Positions 26,470-35,691 of a DNA stretch of 42,883 nt are shown piece by piece; within the stretch, counting starts at the first letter, position 1, and every line of letters begins with the position of its first letter. The notes below the pieces were generated by a model. It was not told the DNA's origin. It ran no database searches and worked only from the letters and a program-made list of their open reading frames with translations. The position numbers and the translations under genes are program-made. This DNA is from a virus (Duplodnaviria > Caudoviricetes): IMG/VR virus record IMGVR_UViG_3300020044_003030, positions 1 through 42,883 of that record; one strand, 5' to 3'.

Positions 26470-27546
26470 TTATGCCATGCTGTGGATAGCCAACGCAACA
26501 AGACCTTGTGGCTTCGATTTTACCAGACCACCTTTAGCGTAACTCCCAACCATACCGCCGTTTGCTTTAAACCCACCCGCAGCACCAAACGCGCCCACCG
26601 CCGTCGCGCCCAAGCCACCTATCTGGCTCAGCAAACTGGGAGGGGCTTGGTAGTTGTACATGGTGCTGCCGGCGTTGGTGGTTGGTGCGCCACGCAAGAT
26701 GTCGGACATAAAGCCAAGTTGCTTGTAAGGGTAGTTCTGGGAGCTTTGGAAGTCTTGGTACTGATTGTTTAAGTCGGTCTGCTGCTGTTGCTGCTGCTGA
26801 GCGCCCAGTTGGTTCTGCATCTGGTTGATGCCCATATTCTGGGAGTACTGCATGTTGCCAAGGTTGCCCAGCGTGTTTGCCCCGGTCAGCGCCGTCTGAA
26901 GCCCTTGCAAGCCAAGCCCCGCGCCATACTGCCCTTGCTGGGCGTTTAAGTTAGCCGCGGCTTGACGCGCTTGCTGCTCAGTATTGAATTGATTTTGAGC
27001 TTGTCCGTAAGCGGTGTTCAGCCCCTGCGCTTGGATGTCACCCTTTTGCAAAGCAAGGTTACGTGCCGCCTCTGCATCCATGATCGCCGCCCGAGAGCCA
27101 CCAAAAGCACCCTTGCCTACTTGATCCGCCTGCCGGCCCGTTGTTGCAATATCCGCTTGACGCTGCGCTTCTCGTTGCTGAATGTCGACTACATTCTGCA
27201 TGTAGGGGTTCATGGCATTGATTGCCACCGCAGGATCTTGAAACGACTTAGAAGCGTACGGGTTGTAGGTGTACCCGGTGTTTAAAGCACCCAGCGAAGC
27301 TAGTCCCGCCGTGGCCGTGGCATCTTTCAACTGCGGTTGTGACTGCATAAGAGCAGCGTTGTCATAAGACATTTGCTGCAGAGGGCTGAACTGCGCTACC
27401 CGATCCCCCATGTATTGCATGTAGGGGTTGGCTTCGAGATCAGTTAGGGCAGAGGCTTGCCCCAGCAAGTCTTCACCATAGGGGGCTAGTTGCGGTGCAA
27501 AACCGTATTGGTTTTCTTGTATTACTGTAGAGGTTGGATCTGCCAT
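26470..27546 (-). CDS. Gln/Ala-rich DNA ejection (pilot-like) protein
   Basis: MNPYMQNVV, GAFGGSR, Q-rich helices; position in the ejection cluster. Confidence 0.7.
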   Translation of the reverse strand: MADPTSTVIQENQYGFAPQLAPYGEDLLGQASALTDLEANPYMQYMGDRVAQFSPLQQMSYDNAALMQSQPQLKDATATAGLASLGALNTGYTYNPYASKSFQDPAVAINAMNPYMQNVVDIQQREAQRQADIATTGRQADQVGKGAFGGSRAAIMDAEAARNLALQKGDIQAQGLNTAYGQAQNQFNTEQQARQAAANLNAQQGQYGAGLGLQGLQTALTGANTLGNLGNMQYSQNMGINQMQNQLGAQQQQQQQTDLNNQYQDFQSSQNYPYKQLGFMSDILRGAPTTNAGSTMYNYQAPPSLLSQIGGLGATAVGAFGAAGGFKANGGMVGSYAKGGLVKSKPQGLVALAIHSMA

Positions 27547-27555
27547 GATGCGTCC

Positions 27556-30500
27556 TTATGCGGGGAGGTATTTGTGTGACTTGGAATCCACAGCCACACG
27601 GTTTTTGCCAGTAGTCTTACGACGGTTAGCTTGTATACGGTCCATCATTTTGTACAGTGCCCGTGCGCCGGCCTCTGTAGAGCCGTTGCCCAGTTCAGAC
27701 ACAATCCGGGCAGGAACCACAAACTCACCATCGGCAAGCCGTGCAGGTTGACGATCACCTATGCTTGCCGGGATGCTGTCGGATACCCCATCACCCGGCC
27801 CACGCAGCAGCCTGCCACCGTCTGAGTAACCACCAAGGGAGCCTAGACCACCTTGTGCGTAGTGGCCGATGTAGCCGCCTTTGGCATTGAGCGCGGGGTC
27901 ACCCCCCGGCCCATTGGAACCAGCAGGGCCACCCGGATTGCCAATATCTCCAGCTTGTTCAGGAGAACCCCCTGATGTACCAGTGTTCATCCCTGTATTG
28001 CCGGTATTTGTACTTGTGCCAGTATCCCCAGTATTTGGGTTCGTACCTGAATCAGAAGCGCCACGACCCGCACGCCCTTCATGGCTAAAGCTAGGGTCTA
28101 CGTTTCTGGCAATTGCATCAGAAATGCCTCTTAATATGCCACTGCCCCCACTCATATTTCCCAAAGTTGCCGCCAGACTATTTGCCATTGAGGCTAAACC
28201 TGTAGTCTTCCCACTTATCCCGTCAACCATAGTAGCGCCGGGAATGCCGCCACCCATGTCTGGACCCGGACCCGGACCACCGGGAGGGCCACCACTCTCC
28301 ATCAAACTAGCTATACCAGTACCCGCACCACTAGATGAAATGGGTTCATACTTATTGCTTACTGGGTTCCACCTGTAAGTGATGCCGTCTTTTACGGATG
28401 TTTCAGCGCGGTACATGCCGTTGGCAAAATCAAAATAGTATTTGATGCCCGTGGTGTTGTCCGTGAATTCTTTGTCCGGCATCCCACCAGCGGCAAGGCC
28501 GCCATTGGCAAGAGACATTAAACCCCCTGCTTTTTTGGTATACGCTCTGTCTGCTTTTGCTTTTGCCAATAGCGCACTAACTTGAGCGTAGGTCATACCT
28601 GTAGCCTCTGCCAAAGTTGCAGGATCTACAAAGTTTGCAATAGACCAATTAGCCAGAGCATTACCTTCTAAGGGAGTTTTCTTTAATGCATCTTTAGCTT
28701 GGTTAATTGACATGTAATTAATAGCTGACCGTTCTTTTGTAGTTGGATCTATAATGGTTTGTTGACGAATGTAATCTGGATTAGTAAAGTATGTGCCTTT
28801 GGTTTTATCCCAAATAAGGCGTTTGTTCGTGCTGCCGGGGACTCCTAGCGTAGCTTCTTTGTACGAGCGCATGATCTCGCGGAAAGTTCCATCTGCGTTC
28901 TTCATCTGGGTCGGCTTATCCCCCTTGCCCATCAAGTAGTCATACATTTCTTTCTGGTAACCCGTATTTTTGTACTTGGCATCAAACTCTGCTTTTGTAT
29001 ACGTGGGGGATGTATACCCAAGGCTCCCACCGCCGGTAGTGTACGCATCCCGTACTCCCGTCATACCTTTAAAACCACCAACAGAAATACCGGGGATGAC
29101 AGGGGACGTTGTGATTGTCCCGTTGGGGTTGATCACTGTTCCGCCGCCTATTTGCCCTGCACCTGTAGAACCACCAACACCGGGCTTTACATAAGTGGTA
29201 TCTGCGGTTGTCAGGTCTGTAACTACATCGGGCATTGTTGCCTTCTCTCGGGCGGCACGTTCTTTAGCAGCTTCAGTCCTAAACCCAGCTAGTTCCTCTG
29301 GGTTAATGTAGTCACCAAAAGTTCTTCTCCAGAACTCCATGCCGCCTTCTTTGCCGCCTGTGCCGTATTCACCATGCCGGGAAAGTTCTTGCATGTACAG
29401 GTTGTCAAGTTGAGAAATTGGTATGTAGTTTTTAGAAGAATCAAAGTCGGCTGTCCGAGCGGAAAGTTCTTTTGACGCTGCTGATTTAAAGTCATTAATC
29501 TCGCTGGGATCAATTGTGTTGTTATTCTTACCAAACGCTGTAGCCCAATAGTCCATATCCGCTTGAGACGGCGCACGATCCAGCACATTCTTAAACAGGT
29601 CATACACTTGATCTGTTATTTTTGGCGTTGTAGCTGCGGTATTTGCATTCACAGCACCCATTGCGCCCGTCGTATTGGCTAACGATGCTATGCCTGCATT
29701 ATTGGCTGCATTACCTGCCGCAGTGAAAGCTGCTTCGTCGGCTCGTGCATCTTGTACAGGAGCCATGTTTGTTAGGTTATTACCAATATCGCCTTGTCCG
29801 CCAAAGTTCTGTGCTGGTGGTGCTGGTGGCCTCGGCTGTGGTGCTGCTGCAAATCCTTGTCCTGTAGTACTGGCGGGTGCGCCAAATGGTGCGTTATCCC
29901 GATCTAGTGCGGAAAGTCCTGTAGTACTAACGGGGGCACCAAACGATTGAGCGGCTGCTTTGTCTGCCGTGCTAGTTCCACCTAATGCTGATTGTCTAAA
30001 CGCCGCTAATTCGGTGTCATCAACTTTGTCTCCAAATTGACTTGCCCAAAACTCTCTTCCGCCCGTATCTGCCTCACGACCCAAAACATTTTGGTACATT
30101 TGGTCGAGCGTCATTTCAGGGGCAGTGGAACCAACTGGACCACCATTAGCCAATGACATTAACCCGCCTTTTGCGGCAGCATAGGGCGTCTCGCGGGTGT
30201 ACGTTTGCGAATGCGGATCGTAAGTAAATGGTCGAATGGACCCGGTACTTTGTCTTGGGGTAGTTGTTTGAACTGTGTTGCCCACCTCACCCGCAAAAAT
30301 AGGTGCTGCCGCAGCAGCCAAGTACTTCCCACCTATCTTCAAAGCGCTCATGGGGTTACTGCCTGCATAAGACAAGCCGGCCCCAACTTTATCTGCCATT
30401 GTTGAAGAGGCCATGCGGTTAGCTACGCTTTCCTGAAGCGCTTGATCGGACAGTTTCTGCCCTACCCCTTCTTCTACTGCTTGAGAGCCAAGCTGCGCAG

Positions 30501-30894
30501 CCCCCATCCCAGCAAGACTGTCCGTAATACCAGCGCCCCCATATGCGCCAAGCCCCGCGCTTAACCCTTTCCCTAAATCTCCAGTAAGCGCCGCAGTAGC
30601 AGCCCCAACAGCAAGCCCCGTTCCAGCAGCGCTACCTAGACCAACCACTTCTCCAATAGCGGTTCCAACACCGGGAAGGAAGTAGTTGAGCGCGGCTCCT
30701 GCAAGCGTAGGCAACAGATCTTTAAGACTAAACGCTTCCGGCAACCCGGTGTCTGGATTGATCGTCAGAGTCGTACCGTGTGCCACAGCTAGTTTTTGCA
30801 GACCTTCCACCTCGCGGGGGGACATGTGCACAAGAGTCGAGTCCGGGCCTCTGCCTCGGGCAGACATGTGGTTGGCTAGTTGATGTAGGCTCAT
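27556..30894 (-). CDS. Internal virion/ejection protein with three DUF4214-like repeats
   Basis: N-terminal GRGPD..LVHM..INPDTGLPEAF; C-terminal GPGDGVSDSIPA..RLADGEFVVPA. Confidence 0.7.
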   Translation of the reverse strand: MSLHQLANHMSARGRGPDSTLVHMSPREVEGLQKLAVAHGTTLTINPDTGLPEAFSLKDLLPTLAGAALNYFLPGVGTAIGEVVGLGSAAGTGLAVGAATAALTGDLGKGLSAGLGAYGGAGITDSLAGMGAAQLGSQAVEEGVGQKLSDQALQESVANRMASSTMADKVGAGLSYAGSNPMSALKIGGKYLAAAAAPIFAGEVGNTVQTTTPRQSTGSIRPFTYDPHSQTYTRETPYAAAKGGLMSLANGGPVGSTAPEMTLDQMYQNVLGREADTGGREFWASQFGDKVDDTELAAFRQSALGGTSTADKAAAQSFGAPVSTTGLSALDRDNAPFGAPASTTGQGFAAAPQPRPPAPPAQNFGGQGDIGNNLTNMAPVQDARADEAAFTAAGNAANNAGIASLANTTGAMGAVNANTAATTPKITDQVYDLFKNVLDRAPSQADMDYWATAFGKNNNTIDPSEINDFKSAASKELSARTADFDSSKNYIPISQLDNLYMQELSRHGEYGTGGKEGGMEFWRRTFGDYINPEELAGFRTEAAKERAAREKATMPDVVTDLTTADTTYVKPGVGGSTGAGQIGGGTVINPNGTITTSPVIPGISVGGFKGMTGVRDAYTTGGGSLGYTSPTYTKAEFDAKYKNTGYQKEMYDYLMGKGDKPTQMKNADGTFREIMRSYKEATLGVPGSTNKRLIWDKTKGTYFTNPDYIRQQTIIDPTTKERSAINYMSINQAKDALKKTPLEGNALANWSIANFVDPATLAEATGMTYAQVSALLAKAKADRAYTKKAGGLMSLANGGLAAGGMPDKEFTDNTTGIKYYFDFANGMYRAETSVKDGITYRWNPVSNKYEPISSSGAGTGIASLMESGGPPGGPGPGPDMGGGIPGATMVDGISGKTTGLASMANSLAATLGNMSGGSGILRGISDAIARNVDPSFSHEGRAGRGASDSGTNPNTGDTGTSTNTGNTGMNTGTSGGSPEQAGDIGNPGGPAGSNGPGGDPALNAKGGYIGHYAQGGLGSLGGYSDGGRLLRGPGDGVSDSIPASIGDRQPARLADGEFVVPARIVSELGNGSTEAGARALYKMMDRIQANRRKTTGKNRVAVDSKSHKYLPA

Positions 30895-31208
30895 AATGCG
30901 GTCTTTATTCTAAGCGCTTGGCTGGTGCTCGTCGCGCCGGTGGTGGTGTCTCGGTAAACGTCCCCGATCCTCAAACTAGCAAAGTCAGCGTCTGTTGGCA
31001 AGCTAGGGGAAGTGCCAGACGTAGGGAAAAAGCTCAAGCCCGATACTACATCGGTTCCGTTAATTTGGGTAGACCCTGCCATTGGGCCAGCATTGTCCAA
31101 TTGGTTAAAGTACAGCCGCAACAAACTCAACAGTTGGTTCATGTAAACGGGGTCGTACTCCTGTGGAGGACTAGCCAACCGGGGGGCTACTACGTTCTTT
31201 TGTGCCAT
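30891..31208 (-). CDS. Hypothetical virion-associated protein
   Basis: 105 aa, translationally coupled to both neighbours. Confidence 0.7.
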   Translation of the reverse strand: MAQKNVVAPRLASPPQEYDPVYMNQLLSLLRLYFNQLDNAGPMAGSTQINGTDVVSGLSFFPTSGTSPSLPTDADFASLRIGDVYRDTTTGATSTSQALRIKTAL

Positions 31209-33310
31209 TACCCACCCCGCCTGCCGTCAGGACGCAAATCGATTCTTGGAGCGCCCATCTGCCATTGAGTGCCAAGGGTGTTGGAACTGATCTTCATCGC
31301 CATCTGCCGTGCCCTGACCCGGATGTTCAACTGCCCGTTGTAGGTGTCTAGGTCAATGGGGTAGGTCTGGGTTGCTGTGACTACACCCTCTGCGCTGGCG
31401 CTGTCTCCACCGACGGACTTGGGGTTGTTATACCCGGAGCCAGAGTTTTGTAATGGAAGAAGCTGCATGGTCAAGCTAGGCGTTGTCCCGGCAGTGGAGC
31501 CATTGAATGTCAAGTCTGGCAGCATCCTCCAGACAAAAGCAAAGTTGTGCCCGTCGCCAATGTCAAACTGGGACGAGGTGATGAACGCATTAATTGGGGC
31601 AAGCGTAGCTGCTGTTCCGTCATCCACACCCAGTTCATGTTGGACAAGATTGTTGCTGTATGTCGCTGCAACCGGGTAGTCTTGAAGACCGCTATCCAAC
31701 CATGCGGTTCGTGCCATAGTGCCGTAGTACCAGACATTTTCTACGTAGTTGTAGACTACATAGCTGTCGTTGGTCGTAGAACCATTACTGGGGTAGAACC
31801 ACCAAACCTCGTTGAAACCCTCATTGGTAGCTGCATAGACTTGATCAAACTGACCTCGGTCAATATCGTTGTAGACATACCTAAGTAGGTCACAGTTGAG
31901 CGTTTGCAGCCGTCCGTCGTACTTGTAGAACTTGTCTACGCCCATCCAGTAAATAATCCCCGCTGCCAAAGCCACCGCATTGGGGCCAGCCAGAGATGTG
32001 TTGTCGGCCAGAAGTTGTGATCCCCAGACATACGGTGGGCCAAGGTACTGAAGGGAGTACAGGGCAGCATCTGTAAACACCACAATCTCTTGCTTGCTTT
32101 GGATAGCGGTGATGATGGTCGAGCCGTGGGACAGCGTAATACTACCTGCCTGATTGGTGATTGCTGGTGACCACTCCGTAACACTTTCTTGGTCAGACCA
32201 ACGAACCAAAAGCGGGTTGACGGACGTTGATCCAATGTCATTTGTCCCAAAGCACAGCACAAAACGGCTGGCATCAGAGACAAGGAAAAAGATTTGAGAC
32301 AGAGGAACACTGCTTGCCCCACTTAGCTGCGACACCAATACGCCACGGGGGGATATTGATTGTGTACCGGACTGACTTCCCGAAGTGTTAATGAGCGCCC
32401 CGGCGGGGGTTGCGGACAAATTAAACGTGGTGGATGACACATACCGGGTGTAGTAGGTTGTGCCTACCAGCAGACCTGTGGGCAGTGCGCCAGTGGTTTC
32501 AAAGACAATGGCGGTTTTATCAGGGAGCGCAATGGTAGAAGTGACAACGCAGGGAGTTGCAATGGTCATGCTAACGGTAGCGGCTTGGTAGCCGATAGTG
32601 GCATCCCAGTAGTACAGCGGCCCACCCCTCGGGCCGTAGATCAGGTCTTCACCAAAGTTAAATTGGTTCCATATCCGGATAGCGTCCGAAGAAGTGGCAC
32701 TATTTCCCCAAGTACCAGACCCCCAAGCTCCAGAACCCCAGCCCGACTGCGGCACAGCGTAAGACGGGCCTGTATTGATCTGGTACACAGCGTAAACTGT
32801 TCCGCCGCCAGAAGCGCCAGATGTTGCCGCAGATGCAGCGGTGATGGTGTATGAGGTGGTGCTGGATGTGGTTATCTTGTACTCACCAGAGATGGTTATG
32901 CCACCAACGGCGGTAGCACCTGTAAACGTCACGAAGTCGTTATTGATGAAACCGCCCGTGGCGTCCGTGACTGTGACCGTAGTAGACAGGTTGATCGTTG
33001 TAAACGGGTTGGTGAGCGTGTGGACAGTCTGGGTGGGGGTGATGTCGTAGTAAGCACCGCCATTGGATATGTAGAACTTGAGATTCGTCCCCACCCCAAT
33101 CAGGTTCTGGAAGCCAAAGGTGACCCAGTTCCACAAAGAACGGCAGACGCCCAAGAACGTATTGGCAGATACACGTACCCAGCCGCCTATCTTTTCAGGC
33201 GTACCTTGCCGAAACCGGACGTTATCCGACTCGTAAAATCCGCCCTCGTTCGTGTAACGGGTGTTTTCACGATTCACGCCGGGAGCCAATTTGATCTTTT
33301 GTAAACTCAT
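31208..33310 (-). CDS. Tail hub / packaged-DNA stabilisation-like protein
   Basis: 700 aa, beta-rich, VRWSDQE, EVWWFYP and R.RARQ motifs; lies just upstream of the ejection genes. Confidence 0.65.
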   Translation of the reverse strand: MSLQKIKLAPGVNRENTRYTNEGGFYESDNVRFRQGTPEKIGGWVRVSANTFLGVCRSLWNWVTFGFQNLIGVGTNLKFYISNGGAYYDITPTQTVHTLTNPFTTINLSTTVTVTDATGGFINNDFVTFTGATAVGGITISGEYKITTSSTTSYTITAASAATSGASGGGTVYAVYQINTGPSYAVPQSGWGSGAWGSGTWGNSATSSDAIRIWNQFNFGEDLIYGPRGGPLYYWDATIGYQAATVSMTIATPCVVTSTIALPDKTAIVFETTGALPTGLLVGTTYYTRYVSSTTFNLSATPAGALINTSGSQSGTQSISPRGVLVSQLSGASSVPLSQIFFLVSDASRFVLCFGTNDIGSTSVNPLLVRWSDQESVTEWSPAITNQAGSITLSHGSTIITAIQSKQEIVVFTDAALYSLQYLGPPYVWGSQLLADNTSLAGPNAVALAAGIIYWMGVDKFYKYDGRLQTLNCDLLRYVYNDIDRGQFDQVYAATNEGFNEVWWFYPSNGSTTNDSYVVYNYVENVWYYGTMARTAWLDSGLQDYPVAATYSNNLVQHELGVDDGTAATLAPINAFITSSQFDIGDGHNFAFVWRMLPDLTFNGSTAGTTPSLTMQLLPLQNSGSGYNNPKSVGGDSASAEGVVTATQTYPIDLDTYNGQLNIRVRARQMAMKISSNTLGTQWQMGAPRIDLRPDGRRGG

Positions 33311-33318
33311 GGTACAAT
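33291..33318 (+). promoter_or_regulatory. Putative sigma70 promoter for the antisense endonuclease
   Basis: TTGATC-16 bp-TACAAT with extended TG; about 30 nt upstream of the GTG start at 33349. Confidence 0.55.
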
Positions 33319-33348
33319 CTCCGAATCGTCATTTATTTGGAGAACATT

Positions 33349-34197
33349 GTGTATATTTACATTTGGAAAGATGCTTTCAGCGTCCCATTTTACGTTGGCT
33401 TTACCAGAAACAAACGGCGCACCAACCCTAGAAACAACGGGGGACGCAACTGGCTGTGTAAACAAAAGTTGACCGCAATTGGAGTGGAGCGCGTTATTGT
33501 TGAATTGCGTCCTGTTTTTTCCGTAGAAGAAGGTATCGCGCTGGAACGCAGCCTCATTGCAGAATACGGACGGATTCAAACTCAAAACGGACCTCTTACC
33601 AATCTGACGTCTGGTGGCGAGGGTAGTCATTCTTTATCCCCAGAACATAAGCAAAAGTTGCGAGAAAGAATGCTTGATCCACTGCACCCCATACGCAGTC
33701 TTAAATCCCGTGCAAAAGCAAAAAAACGCATGAACGATCCTGATGTTAAAGCCAAGTTTTTAGGCGATAACAACCCAGCAAAAAAGCTAGAAGTTCGTGC
33801 CAAAATTAAAACCGCATGGGAAAACCCAGAATTCCGCGCTGCACGGAGCAAAGAACGACTGGGAGTCTCTAAAAACTTTTCGGAAGAGGACTTAAAAAGA
33901 AGGGCCACAGCATTAAAAGAAAACCCCAACATGAAAAGCTGGAGTGAACGCAATGGGAAAGATGCTGACTTTGACGCTAAACGAATTGAAGGCATCCGCG
34001 CTGCACAACCTAAAAGAGCAGAGAAAATGCGCGACCCTGTTGCTCTTGCCCAACGCAAAGCAAGGCTTAGTGCAACACTAAACTCACCCGAACACAAAGC
34101 CCGTAGAGCCGCCCAGAACACGCCAGAATACCGTGCTGCTGCATCTGCTGCTAAGAAAGAATACTGGGCAAAGAAGAAAGCTAACATTTCATCCTAA
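33349..34197 (+). CDS. Free-standing GIY-YIG-family endonuclease with NUMOD-like basic tail, antisense to the late operon
   Basis: YIYIW...FYVG..R...E..LI...LTNLTSGGEG; GGAG RBS before GTG 33349; AT-richer than neighbours. Confidence 0.75.
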   Translation: MYIYIWKDAFSVPFYVGFTRNKRRTNPRNNGGRNWLCKQKLTAIGVERVIVELRPVFSVEEGIALERSLIAEYGRIQTQNGPLTNLTSGGEGSHSLSPEHKQKLRERMLDPLHPIRSLKSRAKAKKRMNDPDVKAKFLGDNNPAKKLEVRAKIKTAWENPEFRAARSKERLGVSKNFSEEDLKRRATALKENPNMKSWSERNGKDADFDAKRIEGIRAAQPKRAEKMRDPVALAQRKARLSATLNSPEHKARRAAQNTPEYRAAASAAKKEYWAKKKANISS

Positions 34198-34667
34198 GAT
34201 AGGAACAGAGCGCGTTCGTCGTTTCTGCGCTTGACTAGCCCCGGAAGGATTTTACCCCCACCCCGTGTAAACTTCAAGAACTCATCAGCCGCTTCAGGCT
34301 CTCCCCGAAGAACCTTCTGACGGAGGGTGCTACGCTGTACGCCTCCCAGACCGAGATTAAAAGCAAAGCTGACAAGAGCGTCGTTTTGGCCTTGGGTAAG
34401 AACCACAGGAAAAAGTTTGGCGACCCCAACCTCAAATCGGCGGAGATCAGCACCAAGGATTCCATCTACTTCGGCTCCTGAAAATACGCGGTTATCTTCC
34501 GCTTTAAGCGGGTAAGCATCTCTTTGATCCAGTGGTAAACGACCTTGATCGGGGTATAAAACATGACCAACTCCTACAGTCCAGAGCCGCGCTGGGCAGC
34601 GGTACGGTTTAAATCTCACACCCTCGTGGTGCTTGATCATCTCTTTGCATCGCGCAGAGACTTTCAT
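34194..34667 (-). CDS. Endolysin, GH24 (T4-type) lysozyme
   Basis: E15-x8-C24-x5-T30 catalytic pattern; DALVSFAFNLG, STL and GLVKRR..E motifs. Confidence 0.92.
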   Translation of the reverse strand: MKVSARCKEMIKHHEGVRFKPYRCPARLWTVGVGHVLYPDQGRLPLDQRDAYPLKAEDNRVFSGAEVDGILGADLRRFEVGVAKLFPVVLTQGQNDALVSFAFNLGLGGVQRSTLRQKVLRGEPEAADEFLKFTRGGGKILPGLVKRRNDERALFLS

Positions 34668-35149
34668 TTCTTGCTAAACGCTTGGCTTCCAAACCAAAAG
34701 CTGATCACAGATGCCCAGATGATCTGAGTTTCATCGTCCCAAATATTGTCTAGCATGACCTGAAAATCTACAGCATGGTGCCAAGCGTAAACAAACCCGG
34801 CTACGTCTACAAACACCAGCAGCAAGAACAGGCCATAGGTGATGATGGGCCTGACGCCAGCACGGAGATTTACCATCCACTGACTTGCACCTTGACCAAT
34901 GGCAATGTCGTGGGCGTACAAGGCTGTACGCTCGGCTGATGCTGCCTCAATCATCTGGCCTTCTACTCTGATCTCTTCTACCCGCTGTTGAGCCTCAAAG
35001 CCCGCTTTACGGAGTTCCAACTCACGCTCAATCTGCAACTGGGCCATTGCCATCTCATGCTTCTTGTCAGCACGGTCCTGAAAGAACCCAAGCAGCTTGG
35101 GTAGGCCACCGGCAAGGAAGCTAACCAGTGTAGTAAGCAGAGTAATCAT
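34664..35149 (-). CDS. Holin-like membrane protein (3-TM, GTA-holin-like)
   Basis: Hydrophobic N-terminus, GVRPIITY, FWFGS; coupled to the lysozyme gene. Confidence 0.7.
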   Translation of the reverse strand: MITLLTTLVSFLAGGLPKLLGFFQDRADKKHEMAMAQLQIERELELRKAGFEAQQRVEEIRVEGQMIEAASAERTALYAHDIAIGQGASQWMVNLRAGVRPIITYGLFLLLVFVDVAGFVYAWHHAVDFQVMLDNIWDDETQIIWASVISFWFGSQAFSKK

Positions 35150-35370
35150 TTTTCTTCCTCATCATCATGAGACAACTTGACGCCTGCCAACAGCCCAATA
35201 AAACCGCCAACAATTGTCTGAAAAGCTGGGCTAATCAACTTAAAAATTTCCGAGTTGTCCACTTTTTCATCAAACAGGCCAATCATTAAAACCGCTACCA
35301 TGCCCATAACGACGATGCACAAGGTGAAGCTGACCATCAAAGTTACTGCAAAAGTGAGTTTGGCTTTCAT
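35146..35370 (-). CDS. Two-TM membrane protein
   Basis: 74 aa with two hydrophobic helices and an acidic tail. Confidence 0.75.
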   Translation of the reverse strand: MKAKLTFAVTLMVSFTLCIVVMGMVAVLMIGLFDEKVDNSEIFKLISPAFQTIVGGFIGLLAGVKLSHDDEEEK

Positions 35371-35519
35371 TTGTCCCGCCTATTCCACATTTCAAATAAA
35401 GCCTTGATCTTCTCTTCTAGTACCGCCACGCGCAAATCCAACTTTGCCAAGACGATAATCAAAGTGATCAGCGCCAGCAGGATCGGCCATGACTTGGACA
35501 GGACTTCAAATAAATCCAC
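35367..35519 (-). CDS. Small TM + coiled-coil protein (50 aa)
   Basis: Translated by hand from GTG: MDLFEVLSKSWPILLALITLIIVLAKLDLRVAVLEEKIKALFEMWNRRDK; ATGA overlap. Confidence 0.7.
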   Translation of the reverse strand: MDLFEVLSKSWPILLALITLIIVLAKLDLRVAVLEEKIKALFEMWNRRDK

Positions 35520-35520
35520 A

Positions 35521-35691
35521 TCATCGCCCAAATGTCAAAGAGGCATAAACGATGGCTGCCATACTGACGATCAAGACACCCGCAGTCTTCATAATCACAC
35601 CTTCGAGCCGCTTGAGCCTAGCATTGATCTGTGCATACCGTTCTGCACAAACGGCCTCGTGAGAGGTAAACCGGATATCAATATCGCTCAT
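35521..35691 (-). CDS. Coiled-coil + C-terminal TM protein (56 aa)
   Basis: MSDIDIRFTSHEAVCAERY..RLKRLE followed by a TM helix; ATGA overlap. Confidence 0.7.
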   Translation of the reverse strand: MSDIDIRFTSHEAVCAERYAQINARLKRLEGVIMKTAGVLIVSMAAIVYASLTFGR

